64,000 bases of DNA from Patescibacteria group bacterium (GTDB lineage: Bacteria; Patescibacteriota; Minisyncoccia; Phycocordibacterales; Phycocordibacteraceae). The notes below the pieces were generated by a model. That model did not search any database and was not told the origin of the DNA. It saw nothing but the letters and a program-made list of their open reading frames with translations. A program made the position numbers and the translations under genes. Numbering within the stretch: position 1 is the first letter of the stretch; the number at the start of each line of letters is the position of its first letter. The stretch lies in contig JAIELV010000001.1 of the NCBI GenBank assembly GCA_019752595.1, forward strand, positions 489,209 through 553,208. Direction: 5' to 3'. Below, in pieces: positions 46,440-56,205 of this stretch.

Positions 46440-47086
46440 GGTGATGGCTCTCCAGGTTCAACGGGAACAAACGTATTACCCGAACTCACGGCAATCTGAC
46501 CTGTAGATGCAACAGAGACGGTGCGCATTTCACCTGCAGTTGAGCCTACAGCAATTTTTGCTGAGGAATACATATCCGTGCGATCAGAAGAAATATACGC
46601 GTCGGGGTCAGGACGGAAAAACACAATATCTAAATTATCTATGCCAATCGTTGTTGAACCGTCTGAACATTCTTCAACTCCTGTGGATTTAATACCACAA
46701 AACTTCACAATGCTGTGCTGGGCGTTCAAGGTATACCGCTTTACAATCGCATCCGCATCCTTATCGTAGGTTTTGTTGCCATTCGTATCAGCAAAAAAAA
46801 TATATTCAGCGCCGTTCCCTGCTTCAACGTGCACGCCGTATCCAGATTTAAAACTACTGTTGTATTGCTGAACGGAAACGCCATACACCTGCGCTTCACG
46901 CACAGAAACTGCAATTGAATAGGCAAGATTCCCTAAAAGTACGGAGCTATTAAATTTGGAGTGGTTCGCAAGAATGACGACCGAGATGGTAGAAAAAATA
47001 CCAATCACTACCAAAAGCTCCATCAGGGAGAAACCCCGAAGCACCTTCACCGCATTCCGCTGTACCATATAATTTCGGAAAGCCAT
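46436..47086 (-). CDS. type IV pilin-like protein, paralogue of the N-terminal ~215 aa of the 45225-46439 product
   Basis: VLRGFSLMELLVVIGIF prepilin motif. ~60% identical to its neighbour over the globular domain (…VREAQVYG(L/V)SVQ(D/Q)YN…). The likely start is MVQRN at 47068. Confidence 0.6.
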   Translation of the reverse strand: MAFRNYMVQRNAVKVLRGFSLMELLVVIGIFSTISVVILANHSKFNSSVLLGNLAYSIAVSVREAQVYGVSVQQYNSSFKSGYGVHVEAGNGAEYIFFADTNGNKTYDKDADAIVKRYTLNAQHSIVKFCGIKSTGVEECSDGSTTIGIDNLDIVFFRPDPDAYISSDRTDMYSSAKIAVGSTAGEMRTVSVASTGQIAVSSGNTFVPVEPGEPSP

Positions 47087-47901
47087 GCACCGAACCCGAT
47101 TGGAGAAATGCTTGTAAAGAGTGCAAGCAATACGCCGAACGCGAGAAACGGCACAAACGGCAGTTCTGTCTTCATGGTAACGCGCTTGAAGCCGAGCGAC
47201 AATCGAAACAGTTTTAAAATGGAGGATAACAGCATCACGCCGAGATACAAAAGTGTTCCGCTCCAGACCGCAAACATGAGTGCTTCAATACCACGAAACA
47301 AGCCGAGCAGGAGCCCCACGGCGCCTGCAATATAGACGTCGCCCATACCCATACCTCTCCCCTTTGTGACAAGATGAAGTGCGTACAAAAATCCAGAGAG
47401 CGCCACGCCTCCTGCGAGTGAATCTAAAAGTGGGTCGTACGAACTGATAGCAAACGATTGAAACAGCGGAGCGAGGAGCGCAGATACAACAAGCACATAG
47501 ATAAAGGGCATCGGTACCAGCGTGTGACGTACGTCATACACTACAAGCGCAACAAGTGAAGAAAGGAACACAAGAAGTGCTACAAACGCCGCGATGGAGA
47601 AAAAAGAAAACGCGGGCGGAATACTATGCCACGCCAAAAGAAAAAGTGAGGCGACCAAAAGTTCGACAATTGGGTATTGCGCTGAAAGCGCGCTCCCGCA
47701 CGCTCGACATTTTCCTGAGAGCAGGAAATATGAAAGAACGGGAATCAAATCGTACGAACGAATTTGCACCCCACACGCCATGCAGTGAGAGCGGTCTTGT
47801 TTTGATTCAGAAAAACCGAAACGGAGAATAACCACATTCAAGAAACTTCCAACCGCAAGACCAAGAAAACCAAGAAAAACGTACGGGATTACCGTGAGCA
47901 T
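47047..47901 (-). CDS. pilD: prepilin peptidase (A24 family, PilD)
   Basis: N-terminal Zn-binding tetracysteine (CMACGVQIRSYDLIPVLSYFLLSGKCRACG) and A24 catalytic region (GMGMGDVYIAGAVGLLLG). Start assigned to the internal MLTVIPYVF at 47901, because the ORF-track N-terminal 155 aa overlap pilA in another frame and show no homology. Confidence 0.75.
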   Translation of the reverse strand: MLTVIPYVFLGFLGLAVGSFLNVVILRFGFSESKQDRSHCMACGVQIRSYDLIPVLSYFLLSGKCRACGSALSAQYPIVELLVASLFLLAWHSIPPAFSFFSIAAFVALLVFLSSLVALVVYDVRHTLVPMPFIYVLVVSALLAPLFQSFAISSYDPLLDSLAGGVALSGFLYALHLVTKGRGMGMGDVYIAGAVGLLLGLFRGIEALMFAVWSGTLLYLGVMLLSSILKLFRLSLGFKRVTMKTELPFVPFLAFGVLLALFTSISPIGFGAWLSEIIWYSGMR

Positions 47902-47965
47902 AAAGCGCAGTGTACCAACAAAAAACCCCGCATATGCGGGGTTTTTTGAAGCAGTCTTAGGAAGA

Positions 47966-48511
47966 CTATGGCTTCTGGTCGTAACAGAGCTCGGTTGGAG
48001 TTGTTTGACCCTGTGGTGTACCTGATGCAGACGTACACTGCGTGATGCCTGAAACGGCGGCACCTGCGCCAGTTCCATCGAACTCTGCTGCACTACCCGT
48101 ACAAACGGTAGTAGAAACAGCTGCGTCAATGTCACCAAGGAGTGCCTGGTTGGAGGCTTCTTCAAGTACTGCTCCCAAGTGGTAGCTCGTACCAGAAGTA
48201 CAACCTGATGCACCTGTTGCCGAATACACATAGGCACGTGAAGAAACAGGGTCAGCTGGAATTGCAGCGATGTATTGCGGAGCAAGCGCAGCAAGCGTTG
48301 CAGGATATCCTCCGTTTGAATCGAAATACAAAGCGAGCGCGAGCTGAAGCTGCTTGATGTCAGCAATACGACGGGTGTCGCGGCTCTTCAATCGAGCAGT
48401 GTTCAAGGATGCCAACACGACTGATGAAAGAATACCGATGATTGCGATAACTACCAAGAGCTCAATCAAGGTGAAGCCCTTTGCGGTTTTCTGTGAAGTA
48501 ATACTCATCAT
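47966..48511 (-). CDS. pilA: type IV major pilin (PilA-like)
   Basis: Leader MMSITSQKTAK followed by GFTLIELLVVIAIIGILSSVVLASL. C-terminal Cys pairs form a disulfide loop. The ORF-track start at 48562 would give a 28-aa leader. Confidence 0.7.
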   Translation of the reverse strand: MMSITSQKTAKGFTLIELLVVIAIIGILSSVVLASLNTARLKSRDTRRIADIKQLQLALALYFDSNGGYPATLAALAPQYIAAIPADPVSSRAYVYSATGASGCTSGTSYHLGAVLEEASNQALLGDIDAAVSTTVCTGSAAEFDGTGAGAAVSGITQCTSASGTPQGQTTPTELCYDQKP

Positions 48512-48636
48512 AAATATATTAAAAATACTAAAAATAATTTGGTAATAGCAACCTAACGACACTAATCGAGGTTCACCCTACATTGTAGCCGTAAGAGGGG
48601 GGCGAGGTTCTCAAAATGTGGATAAAGGGACGCTAC

Positions 48637-48715
48637 GCCGATGGCGATGACAGAGAGCGCTCCGGGCCGCTAGGCCGAGTCTTACGCTCTGTCATCGCCA
48701 TCGGCTCCGCTTAAG
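48637..48715. other. long imperfect inverted repeat (~20-bp stem GCCGATGGCGATGACAGAGAGCG...CGCTCTGTCATCGCCATCGGC) between pilC and pilA
   Basis: Read directly. Likely a pilC terminator and/or a pilA upstream regulatory structure. Confidence 0.4.
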
Positions 48716-48729
48716 AGAGAACGAAAGTC

Positions 48730-49938
48730 TTAGATGGATGCGGAAATGTTGTATATCGGGATAAGAACTGACGCGAGAAGAATACCGACACCTAAGCCCA
48801 AGACCACAATCATGAACGGCTCAATCAAATCTACCAGCGTGTCGACGGCGTTCATCACTTCGCGTTGATAGAACTTCGCAAGTGTTTTCAAAATACTGCC
48901 CAGCTCTCCTGTTTCCTCGCCCACCTTAATCATGGCGCTCATAATGCCTGGAATTTCTGGTCTGTTTGCAACCGCTCCTGAAATCGTGCCCCCGCCTTTT
49001 ATCGCGCGCGAAACATCCATAAATATTTCTTCATACACAGAATTACCCACGACTGATGCAGTGATTTCGGTTGCCTGCACCATTGAAATTCCTGAGCCAA
49101 GCATTGTTGCAAGGTTGTCGGCAATACGGCCCAAGTACAGCTTTCGGTATAGCTCACCCACAAACGGCGTTGAGAGCATTAGTCTGTCCCATGCCGCCTT
49201 CCCCGTCTCAGTCTGTACGTAGCGAAAGAGGAAAAATCCACCAATGACGAGAAGAATTAAGAGAAACGCGCCGTACGTAACAAAGAAATTACTGATGCTG
49301 ATAACTACTTGTGTATACAGCGGTACTTTTTGTCCAGCATCAATGAGGATTTGAGAAATTTTCGGAATGACCAAAGTCATCATGAGTATCATCACGATGA
49401 AGAAGGTAGCGATAACGAACGCGGGATAGATGAGTGCGTTTCTCGCCTTCGACATAATTTCGTACGTACGGTCCAAATAGTCGGCAAGGTAAATAAACGT
49501 CTCATCTAGCTTTCCTGCCTCCTCGCCTGCACGCACCATGTTTACGTAAAACGCTGAAAATACTTTTGGATGTTTTGAAAGTGCTTTTGAGATAGTGGTA
49601 CCCGCCTGTAAATCGTCAGCGACTTCGGTCAGCACGCGTTGCATCATCGGCTTTTCGGATTCAGATGCCAAGAGGCGGAAAATACGAAGCGCTGAAACCT
49701 GTGCCTCGAACAGTGTAGAAATCTGACGGGACAAAAGAACCACATCGCGGTTCGTGACGCTTTCAAAGAGAGTAAGGTTTGCAGAAAGAAAACCCTGTGT
49801 TTCCTCTGCTTCTTCGACAGAAGAAACCGTAAATCCGCGACGCTGAAGCGAGGTAATTGCAACGTCGCGCGAGACTGCATCAATGGTGCCTTCCTGCTTT
49901 GCGCCTGTCGTATCAATTGCCTGGTATTTGAAAATCAT
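48730..49938 (-). CDS. pilC: type IV pilus assembly platform protein PilC (GspF family)
   Basis: Two GspF-like repeats with 3 TM helices. N-terminus MIFKYQAIDTTGAKQEG matches the PilC consensus. The ORF-track start at 49977 is a TTG 13 codons upstream. Confidence 0.8.
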   Translation of the reverse strand: MIFKYQAIDTTGAKQEGTIDAVSRDVAITSLQRRGFTVSSVEEAEETQGFLSANLTLFESVTNRDVVLLSRQISTLFEAQVSALRIFRLLASESEKPMMQRVLTEVADDLQAGTTISKALSKHPKVFSAFYVNMVRAGEEAGKLDETFIYLADYLDRTYEIMSKARNALIYPAFVIATFFIVMILMMTLVIPKISQILIDAGQKVPLYTQVVISISNFFVTYGAFLLILLVIGGFFLFRYVQTETGKAAWDRLMLSTPFVGELYRKLYLGRIADNLATMLGSGISMVQATEITASVVGNSVYEEIFMDVSRAIKGGGTISGAVANRPEIPGIMSAMIKVGEETGELGSILKTLAKFYQREVMNAVDTLVDLIEPFMIVVLGLGVGILLASVLIPIYNISASI

Positions 49939-49981
49939 ATTAGTGTTTGTGTACGAGTTCGCGAGTGCTACAAACAATTAT

Positions 49982-50029
49982 ACCCCGCCCTCTAAGCATC
50001 TTGGTTTGCGGAAGCATAGAGGGCGGGGT
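49982..50029 (-). repeat. conserved GC-rich hairpin element, copy 2 (pilT-pilC spacer)
   Basis: ACCCCGCCCTCTA-AGCATCTTGGTTTGCGGAAGCA-TAGAGGGCGGGGT. The stem is identical to copies 1 and 3. Confidence 0.5.
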
Positions 50030-50063
50030 TAACAAAAATATATTCGCTCCGCTCATTATTTTT

Positions 50064-51125
50064 CTAAATAAGACGCGAGAATGTTTTCGGATTGAATGCG
50101 CGAGCGAGCGCATTTTCGGGCGTTACTTCACCACGACGCACCAAATCGGCAAGGTTTCTGTTCATATCAATCATGCCCGACTCACTTCCTGTTTCAATAA
50201 CTGCATTTATTTCGTGTGAACGCTTTTCACGAATAAGGTTTGCAACAGCATCATTGTTAATCAAAAGCTCATACGCTGGAATGAGCCCGCCCGAAATACG
50301 CGGTACCAAACGCTGCGAGAAGATCCCTGCCAAAGAAGATGCGAGCTGAAGGCGAATCTGGTCTTGCTGACCCTCAGGGAAGGTGTCGATAATACGGTCG
50401 ATGGTTTGTGCAGCGTTGTTAGTGTGCAGTGTTGAAAGCACCAAGTGTCCTGTTTCTGCGGCAGTAACCGCAGCCGACATGGTTTCGGGCCCGCGCATCT
50501 CTCCCACCATTACGACATCAATATCCTGGCGGAATGCGGAACGGAGTGCTGAGTGAAATGATTTCGTATCGATTTCAACTTCTCGTTGGTTTATGACGGA
50601 ATTTTTTGATTCGAACGTGTACTCAATCGGATCTTCAATCGTGATGATGTGCTCAGTTCTTGTCTGATTAATCCTCTCAACCATTGATGCCAAAGTTGTT
50701 GATTTGCCTTGTCCTACAGGGCCCACGACCAAGAAGAACCCTTGCTGAAGCTGGCAGAAAGTTTCAAGAACAGGAGGAAGGCTCAATTCCTCAAATGTCT
50801 TTATGGAATTTGGAATGAGCCGAAGCGCCACAGAAACAGTGCCTTGCTGGACAAACCCATTTCCACGGAAACGAACTTTATCTTTGTATGAATATGAAAA
50901 GTCGACTTCTTGAGTTTCGAGGAATTGTTTCTTTTTCTCAGACGAGAGCATCGCAGAGAGAATGCCCATCGTGTCGTCAGGCGTATATTTTGTTTTCTTC
51001 AAAAGCGGAATCAAATTCCCTGACACGCGGATAATCGGGTTCATTTTTGCCATGAGATGCAAATCGGAAGCACCCTCTTTAATCATGGTCTCTATCAAAT
51101 TTTCGAGTTCTGATTTGTATTCCAT
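50064..51125 (-). CDS. pilT: type IV pilus retraction ATPase PilT
   Basis: Walker A GPVGQGKST. Asp box and His box of the PilT/GspE secretion ATPase family. ~353 aa from MEYKSELENL. The ORF-track start at 51206 overlaps hairpin copy 3. Confidence 0.8.
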   Translation of the reverse strand: MEYKSELENLIETMIKEGASDLHLMAKMNPIIRVSGNLIPLLKKTKYTPDDTMGILSAMLSSEKKKQFLETQEVDFSYSYKDKVRFRGNGFVQQGTVSVALRLIPNSIKTFEELSLPPVLETFCQLQQGFFLVVGPVGQGKSTTLASMVERINQTRTEHIITIEDPIEYTFESKNSVINQREVEIDTKSFHSALRSAFRQDIDVVMVGEMRGPETMSAAVTAAETGHLVLSTLHTNNAAQTIDRIIDTFPEGQQDQIRLQLASSLAGIFSQRLVPRISGGLIPAYELLINNDAVANLIREKRSHEINAVIETGSESGMIDMNRNLADLVRRGEVTPENALARAFNPKTFSRLI

Positions 51126-51171
51126 ATGGTTAGTGTTTATTAGCGAACAACGTGAGGTTAGAAACACTTCC

Positions 51172-51218
51172 ACCCCGCCCTCTAAGCGTCTTTGCTTGAG
51201 GAGCACAGAGGGCGGGGT
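51172..51218 (-). repeat. conserved GC-rich hairpin element, copy 3 (response-regulator-pilT spacer)
   Basis: ACCCCGCCCTCTA-AGCGTCTTTGCTTGAGGAGCAC-AGAGGGCGGGG. Confidence 0.5.
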
Positions 51219-51254
51219 CTAAGAAAATATAATTCACACTGTTCATAATATTTT

Positions 51255-51659
51255 CTAAGGCTTTTGTTTCGCTTCCGCAATCGTGAGTGTTTTCTGCAAC
51301 ACCTCCGATGGAATGGAGCTTGCTTTAATAATGTACCCCGACGCACCGAGATTCATCGCTTTATCAATATCTTCCTGCTGACCTTGATTGGTGAGCATGA
51401 TAATCGTCGTTCCCTGAGCGAGGTTCTCCTTGCGTACCGCTTCAAGAAACTCAAAGCCAGTCATTGAAGGCATCACGACGTCGAGGAGAATAATGTTTGG
51501 CTTGGCCCCACCGCGAAGCTTCTCCAGTGCCGCGCGTGGGTCGGTCATTGCATCAATAGTGCAACCCGAATCTTTAAATTTGAGCGTGTACATATCCAAA
51601 AGAAACTTATCGTCGTCGACAAGAAACACTGAATATGAAACTTTTTTTTCTTCTGCCAT
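51255..51659 (-). CDS. single-domain response regulator (CheY-like receiver)
   Basis: FLVDDDKFLLDMY...ILLDVVMPSMTGFEFL...ASGYIIK: receiver-domain Asp pocket and phospho-acceptor context. 134 aa. Confidence 0.7.
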   Translation of the reverse strand: MAEEKKVSYSVFLVDDDKFLLDMYTLKFKDSGCTIDAMTDPRAALEKLRGGAKPNIILLDVVMPSMTGFEFLEAVRKENLAQGTTIIMLTNQGQQEDIDKAMNLGASGYIIKASSIPSEVLQKTLTIAEAKQKP

Positions 51660-51662
51660 ATA

Positions 51663-53459
51663 TTACGCAGCATCGGCCTGAACTTCTGGCTCTTTCGTCT
51701 CTGTTTGCGGCTCTTCGTCCGCAGTATCCCCGCCAAGAGTGTTCGTTTCTTCAAACGGAATCAGGCCGCCGAGCATCTTAATGATAGCATCCTCCTTCAT
51801 GGTGATCATTCCTTCACCGCGTGCAACTTTGAAAATATCTTCTTCAATCGGATGCGCAAGAATGGTGCGCTCCATCGCTTTCGTCATCGGTAACATTTCA
51901 AACACGCCAATTCGTCCACGAGTGCCGTTTGCACACTCAGGAGACGGTGAAATACCGTACACCTTCTCTGCCTTCGGTATTCGTTTTTTGAACTCCGCTG
52001 GTAAATCGGCAAATTGTGCGTCCATCATTTTCTGAATCGCTCCTGCAACAGGAAGTGGTTTGTCGACTGAATCTTCGCATCGGCGTCGCACCAAGCGCTG
52101 TGCCATCGATAGCACTAACGTAGGCGCAATCAAGTACGGGTCGACACCCATGTCGATGAGGCGCGGGACAACACCAATGGCATTGTTCGTGTGTAGCGTT
52201 GACAGCACCATGTGGCCAGTGAGCGCAGCTTGAATAGCCAATTGCGCTGTTTCTTTGTCGCGAATTTCTCCAACCATAATGACGTCAGGGTCCTGGCGGA
52301 GTATTGAGCGTAATCCTGAAGCAAACGTGTATCCGATTTCTGGTCGCACTTGTGACTGCGAAACACCGTCAACGTCGTATTCGACTGGGTCTTCAAGTGA
52401 AACGACGTTCGAACCTTCCCTATCCAACTCCTGAAGCATTGCATAGAGTGTTGTCGATTTACCGCTTCCTGTTGGACCCGAAATGATGATGATGCCGTAC
52501 GGGCGACGAATGGCGCGCCGCACCGTTTCAATATCTTCTTTGCCCATGCCAAGCGATTCAAGTGTGAGGGCTTCACGCTTCCTATCCAAAATACGCATCA
52601 CCACTTTCTCGCCGTGGTACGTAGGGAATGTGGACACGCGAAAATCGATGCGTCGATTATCAATCGTTGCTGAAAATCTTCCGTCCTGCGGTTTCCTTCT
52701 TTCGTCGAGCTTCAATGAAGAGAGCACTTTAATACGTGCAACAACCGCGCGTTCAACGTTTTTCGGAAGTCTGAGCGACGTATACAAAACACCGTCAACA
52801 CGGAAGCGAACCTTGAGCTCATCTCGTGTCGGTTCTATGTGAATGTCGGAGCCTTTGCCGTCAACTGCATAGCGCAAAATGGTCGCTACAATTTTTGTCA
52901 CTGGCGCATCCTCTTTTATGCGTGTGACGTCCTGATTTTTTAGGTCTTTCTTTTCAGAGTCGTCTTCATTCAGCGTAATGTTGGTATCGTCGACAGTGGT
53001 CTGAAGCTCATTCAATGCTTGGCCAACTTCCCCCGTCAGACCTTTGTACATGGTGATGATGCGGTCAAAGTCAGTATCTGAAATCAAAAATACTTTATAC
53101 GGAAGCCCCGTCTTTGATGCAATAAAATTCAAAGCCTCGGTCGCCTCAAGGTTGTCAGGGTCGGTCGTACCGACTTCTAGAACACCGTCTTTAACATCAA
53201 CTGGCGCAAAGCGGTAATGTCGTGCTGAATCTTCTGGAATGTAACGGAGAGTTTCGTATGCAACGTTCTGTTCGCCCAAACTCCGCACAGGCACTTGATA
53301 GTATTCGCCACGCGCAGAAAGAATGTCATTTCCTGGAACACCGCGGTCCAAAAGCGCTTTTTCAAGCGTCTTTGAACCTGAAGATACTTCTTCTTTTACA
53401 CTCGCAACAGCCCCTTGGTCGATTAAGCCTTTTTTCGAAAGAATCGAGAGTACATCCAT
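51663..53459 (-). CDS. pilB: type IV pilus assembly ATPase PilB (GspE family)
   Basis: N-terminal T2SSE_N-like domain. Walker A GPTGSGKSTT. Tetracysteine-like region. Asp/His boxes. 598 aa. Confidence 0.85.
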   Translation of the reverse strand: MDVLSILSKKGLIDQGAVASVKEEVSSGSKTLEKALLDRGVPGNDILSARGEYYQVPVRSLGEQNVAYETLRYIPEDSARHYRFAPVDVKDGVLEVGTTDPDNLEATEALNFIASKTGLPYKVFLISDTDFDRIITMYKGLTGEVGQALNELQTTVDDTNITLNEDDSEKKDLKNQDVTRIKEDAPVTKIVATILRYAVDGKGSDIHIEPTRDELKVRFRVDGVLYTSLRLPKNVERAVVARIKVLSSLKLDERRKPQDGRFSATIDNRRIDFRVSTFPTYHGEKVVMRILDRKREALTLESLGMGKEDIETVRRAIRRPYGIIIISGPTGSGKSTTLYAMLQELDREGSNVVSLEDPVEYDVDGVSQSQVRPEIGYTFASGLRSILRQDPDVIMVGEIRDKETAQLAIQAALTGHMVLSTLHTNNAIGVVPRLIDMGVDPYLIAPTLVLSMAQRLVRRRCEDSVDKPLPVAGAIQKMMDAQFADLPAEFKKRIPKAEKVYGISPSPECANGTRGRIGVFEMLPMTKAMERTILAHPIEEDIFKVARGEGMITMKEDAIIKMLGGLIPFEETNTLGGDTADEEPQTETKEPEVQADAA

Positions 53460-53465
53460 GGGTGT

Positions 53466-53798
53466 CTACTGGCCTGACGCGGGTCGTGATTGTCCTTGGC
53501 CAAGTGGTGCAAAAGGATTCACGCGTCCGACAGGCTCATTCACCAAATCTTGGCTGAAATCTTCAAGGCTTTGGAATGCTTGGTTTGAAAAAATAGCTTC
53601 ATCAAGTGTAATTGATTTCAGTTCCAACAGGAGTGAAATGAGATCTTGGTCCGCAGGTGTTGCCGTTGAAACCTGTTCTTCTTGCAATACCGCATTGCTT
53701 GATTCCTTGCCAGTAAAGAAATATGAGTATGCAAAAAATGCGATCACGACAATGACAATGACGAGGATTGCAGTTTGGTTTTGTTTGAAGAAGTCCAT
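53466..53798 (-). CDS. small membrane-anchored protein in the pilus operon (PilP-like position)
   Basis: 110 aa with an N-terminal TM helix and Gln/Pro-rich C-terminus. Assigned by position only. Confidence 0.3.
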   Translation of the reverse strand: MDFFKQNQTAILVIVIVVIAFFAYSYFFTGKESSNAVLQEEQVSTATPADQDLISLLLELKSITLDEAIFSNQAFQSLEDFSQDLVNEPVGRVNPFAPLGQGQSRPASGQ

Positions 53799-53802
53799 AC
53801 GT

Positions 53803-54345
53803 TTACGGTTTTAACCAATAGGTTCTTATGCGAAGCGTGTAATCGTACACCCCTGTTTCAGTTGCACGAAACTCAAGCCCTACCACGTCCACCAAACGCA
53901 GGCTTCTTTCCAAGTCGTTAAGAAAACTTCTGAACGTATCGTACGTACCTGTTACTGAAAACGAGAGCACCACAGATTCGTACGCTGCGGTGTCAGGGCC
54001 CAATTCCCCTGTTTGCACACGGGAAGTATCTCCTTCAATCGCCACTTCGCGTACACGCATGCCGTAACGGCTTGCCATAGAATCCAAATCCAAAATCAAA
54101 CGCACGTTGTCGAGGTGGTCAGGCACTAATTTCTGAAGCTCATTGAGGTCAGTTTGCGGAAAGGTGTTGTACCGCGCTAACAGCTGATCGCGCACATCCT
54201 GCAATTCTTTTGAACGATTAAGCGCTTGGTCAAGTTGTGACTGCTGACCCAAAAGTTCTTGCACGCGCACATACGCAGGGTCGATGTACCAAAAGAAAAG
54301 TGCGATTGCGATAAGAACAAAAAGAATTGGCGTGAAGAGTTTCAT
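53803..54345 (-). CDS. pilO: type IV pilus inner-membrane component PilO-like
   Basis: N-terminal TM helix (MKLFTPILFVLIAIALFFWYI), then a coiled-coil, then a C-terminal alpha/beta domain. Follows pilN with a 4-bp overlap. Confidence 0.5.
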   Translation of the reverse strand: MKLFTPILFVLIAIALFFWYIDPAYVRVQELLGQQSQLDQALNRSKELQDVRDQLLARYNTFPQTDLNELQKLVPDHLDNVRLILDLDSMASRYGMRVREVAIEGDTSRVQTGELGPDTAAYESVVLSFSVTGTYDTFRSFLNDLERSLRLVDVVGLEFRATETGVYDYTLRIRTYWLKP

Positions 54346-54346
54346 A

Positions 54347-55015
54347 TTATGGTGTCGTTGCTGGCCCTGCTGCTCCGCCTGCGGGTTGGTTTGTTGTCGA
54401 AGCTGGTACGGATTCAACTGCTGGTGAAGCAGGCGCACCACCTGAATATTTCAGTCTTCCTGTATCAATGATTGCCTGAAAATCAAATTCAATGGCTCCC
54501 GTATTCCCGATGTTTACGTTCGAGAAGATAGGTTCAGTAATAATGTCGCTTTTCGAGAAACCGCCCGATTGAAGTGCAACCGCATTAAAGCTCTGCGCTG
54601 CTCCTTTTGCTGTCATAATCACTTTCCCTGCTGCAGGAGATGAGTATGAGAAATCGCTAAAACGAACTGAGGCGAGCACCAAAGATTCAAGTTCATCAAA
54701 AAGCTTTGAAACTGCCATGTGTTCTCCGAGGAGCACCTTGCCTGTTTCGATACGAGTATTGAGGCGGGAGAGCTCCTTAATTGTTGCGGGTTCAAAAGCG
54801 GCACGAGAAAGTTCCAAAGATTTCTGTTTTGCCGAAATAGCTTCTATGGTGAAGCGTTCAAAGAGAAACATGCCCGCAGAACCGAGGATGGCGAGTATGA
54901 GCACAAAGCCCGCGATGACATTCGCGAGTGCTACCGGGTTTCCTTTCGGGCTTTGCTTTCTCTCAACCTCCAAGGACGCCTTCGGTATGAACGACGTCTT
55001 CACGCGCTCTTCCAT
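54347..55015 (-). CDS. pilN: type IV pilus inner-membrane component PilN-like
   Basis: Short cytoplasmic N-terminus, one TM helix and a periplasmic coiled-coil. Positioned after pilM. Confidence 0.5.
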   Translation of the reverse strand: MEERVKTSFIPKASLEVERKQSPKGNPVALANVIAGFVLILAILGSAGMFLFERFTIEAISAKQKSLELSRAAFEPATIKELSRLNTRIETGKVLLGEHMAVSKLFDELESLVLASVRFSDFSYSSPAAGKVIMTAKGAAQSFNAVALQSGGFSKSDIITEPIFSNVNIGNTGAIEFDFQAIIDTGRLKYSGGAPASPAVESVPASTTNQPAGGAAGPATTP

Positions 55016-55093
55016 AGAGTGAAGTGTAACACTCGAAAAGTTAGAAGCCCTGAATACAGATACAGAAAAAGTGGATACGCGAGAAGCACGTAC

Positions 55094-56203
55094 TTATTTT
55101 TGCAGTCCTCGAAGTGCGAGCCCTACTGCAGTTGCGAATGACGGACCTGCTTCTTTGAGTACGTCATCAATAAACGCAGGGGCAGAAACTTTATCAAACG
55201 GAGTTGAAAGAGTGACGCGCGCATCAAAGTAGCGCGATGCAGCTTCGACAATACCTTTTAATTCAGCGCCTCCACCAACAAAAACGACCTCTGAAATTGC
55301 TTTCCCCTCTTTGCGTTGGTACGTGAGCAAGATTCTTCTTGCCTCAGAAAATATGAAATCAATGGATGCTTCTCCGACAGCGTTTTCAATTAAGCCTTTC
55401 TCGCGCTTCTTCACTTCGGCTTCGGCAAATGTCAGATTCTGCGATTTCGAAATAGCGAGCGTAAAATCCTGCCCTCCGCGAGGGATGGTGTGTGACACAT
55501 CAATAATACCGAATTCAATAATATAGACGCGGGTCGAAGATGCGCCGAAATCCATAACCATCGTCGGTGCGGTGCCGTGCTGGTATGCAGAGCGCGCCAT
55601 GGAGAACGGCTCGACTTCATAAAATTTTGGAACGAGTTTTGTATTTGCAGTAACCGTAGAAAATTTTGTGAGCGTCTGATTGTGAATCGCAACCAAAAGC
55701 ACATCAGTTGCATTTATGTTCCTTGGCACACCTTGGGCACCTAAAAATTGCGCCTCTTCTTCGGGAATCTCGAACCAATCGAGAGATACTTCTGAAATAG
55801 GAACGGGAATATATTTTCGCGCCTCAAGTGGAACCATTGTTTGCAAATCTGCACGATTTTTTGTGGGAAGTGTAATAACGTTAATCAAACTGCCCGAGAG
55901 CGGAATACCAAATCCCGCAGATTTTGCAGTGACATTTGCTTCGCGAATAAGGTCGTTCAATGCTTCACTTGTCTTTTCTGCAGGAGGATTGACCGATTGC
56001 CCTACTTCGCCGTTTCCGTAGGGGCCCATAGCAATCTCGCCGTATGTTTCGAGTACCGCGACCCCTTTCTGTTGCACGAGCTGCACTATCTTTATAGAAG
56101 AAGTACCTATATCAATACCAGCGACACTCTCCGAGTCTCTACTTTGGAGCGAACTGCTTATTTGAGAAATTATTTGAGATAAACCAGGAATAGAAAATGC
56201 CAT
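55094..56203 (-). CDS. pilM: type IV pilus assembly ATPase-fold protein PilM (actin-like)
   Basis: Actin/FtsA-like fold with VAGIDIGTSSIKIVQL phosphate-1 motif. Start assigned to MAFSIPGLSQ at 56203. Confidence 0.75.
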   Translation of the reverse strand: MAFSIPGLSQIISQISSSLQSRDSESVAGIDIGTSSIKIVQLVQQKGVAVLETYGEIAMGPYGNGEVGQSVNPPAEKTSEALNDLIREANVTAKSAGFGIPLSGSLINVITLPTKNRADLQTMVPLEARKYIPVPISEVSLDWFEIPEEEAQFLGAQGVPRNINATDVLLVAIHNQTLTKFSTVTANTKLVPKFYEVEPFSMARSAYQHGTAPTMVMDFGASSTRVYIIEFGIIDVSHTIPRGGQDFTLAISKSQNLTFAEAEVKKREKGLIENAVGEASIDFIFSEARRILLTYQRKEGKAISEVVFVGGGAELKGIVEAASRYFDARVTLSTPFDKVSAPAFIDDVLKEAGPSFATAVGLALRGLQK

Positions 56204-56205
56204 AG

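Noticed and set aside
47902-48366. N-terminal 155 aa of the ORF-track pilD ORF
   Set aside because: It overlaps pilA in another frame and has no A24-peptidase homology. The conserved PilD Zn-binding tetracysteine begins after the internal Met at 47901.
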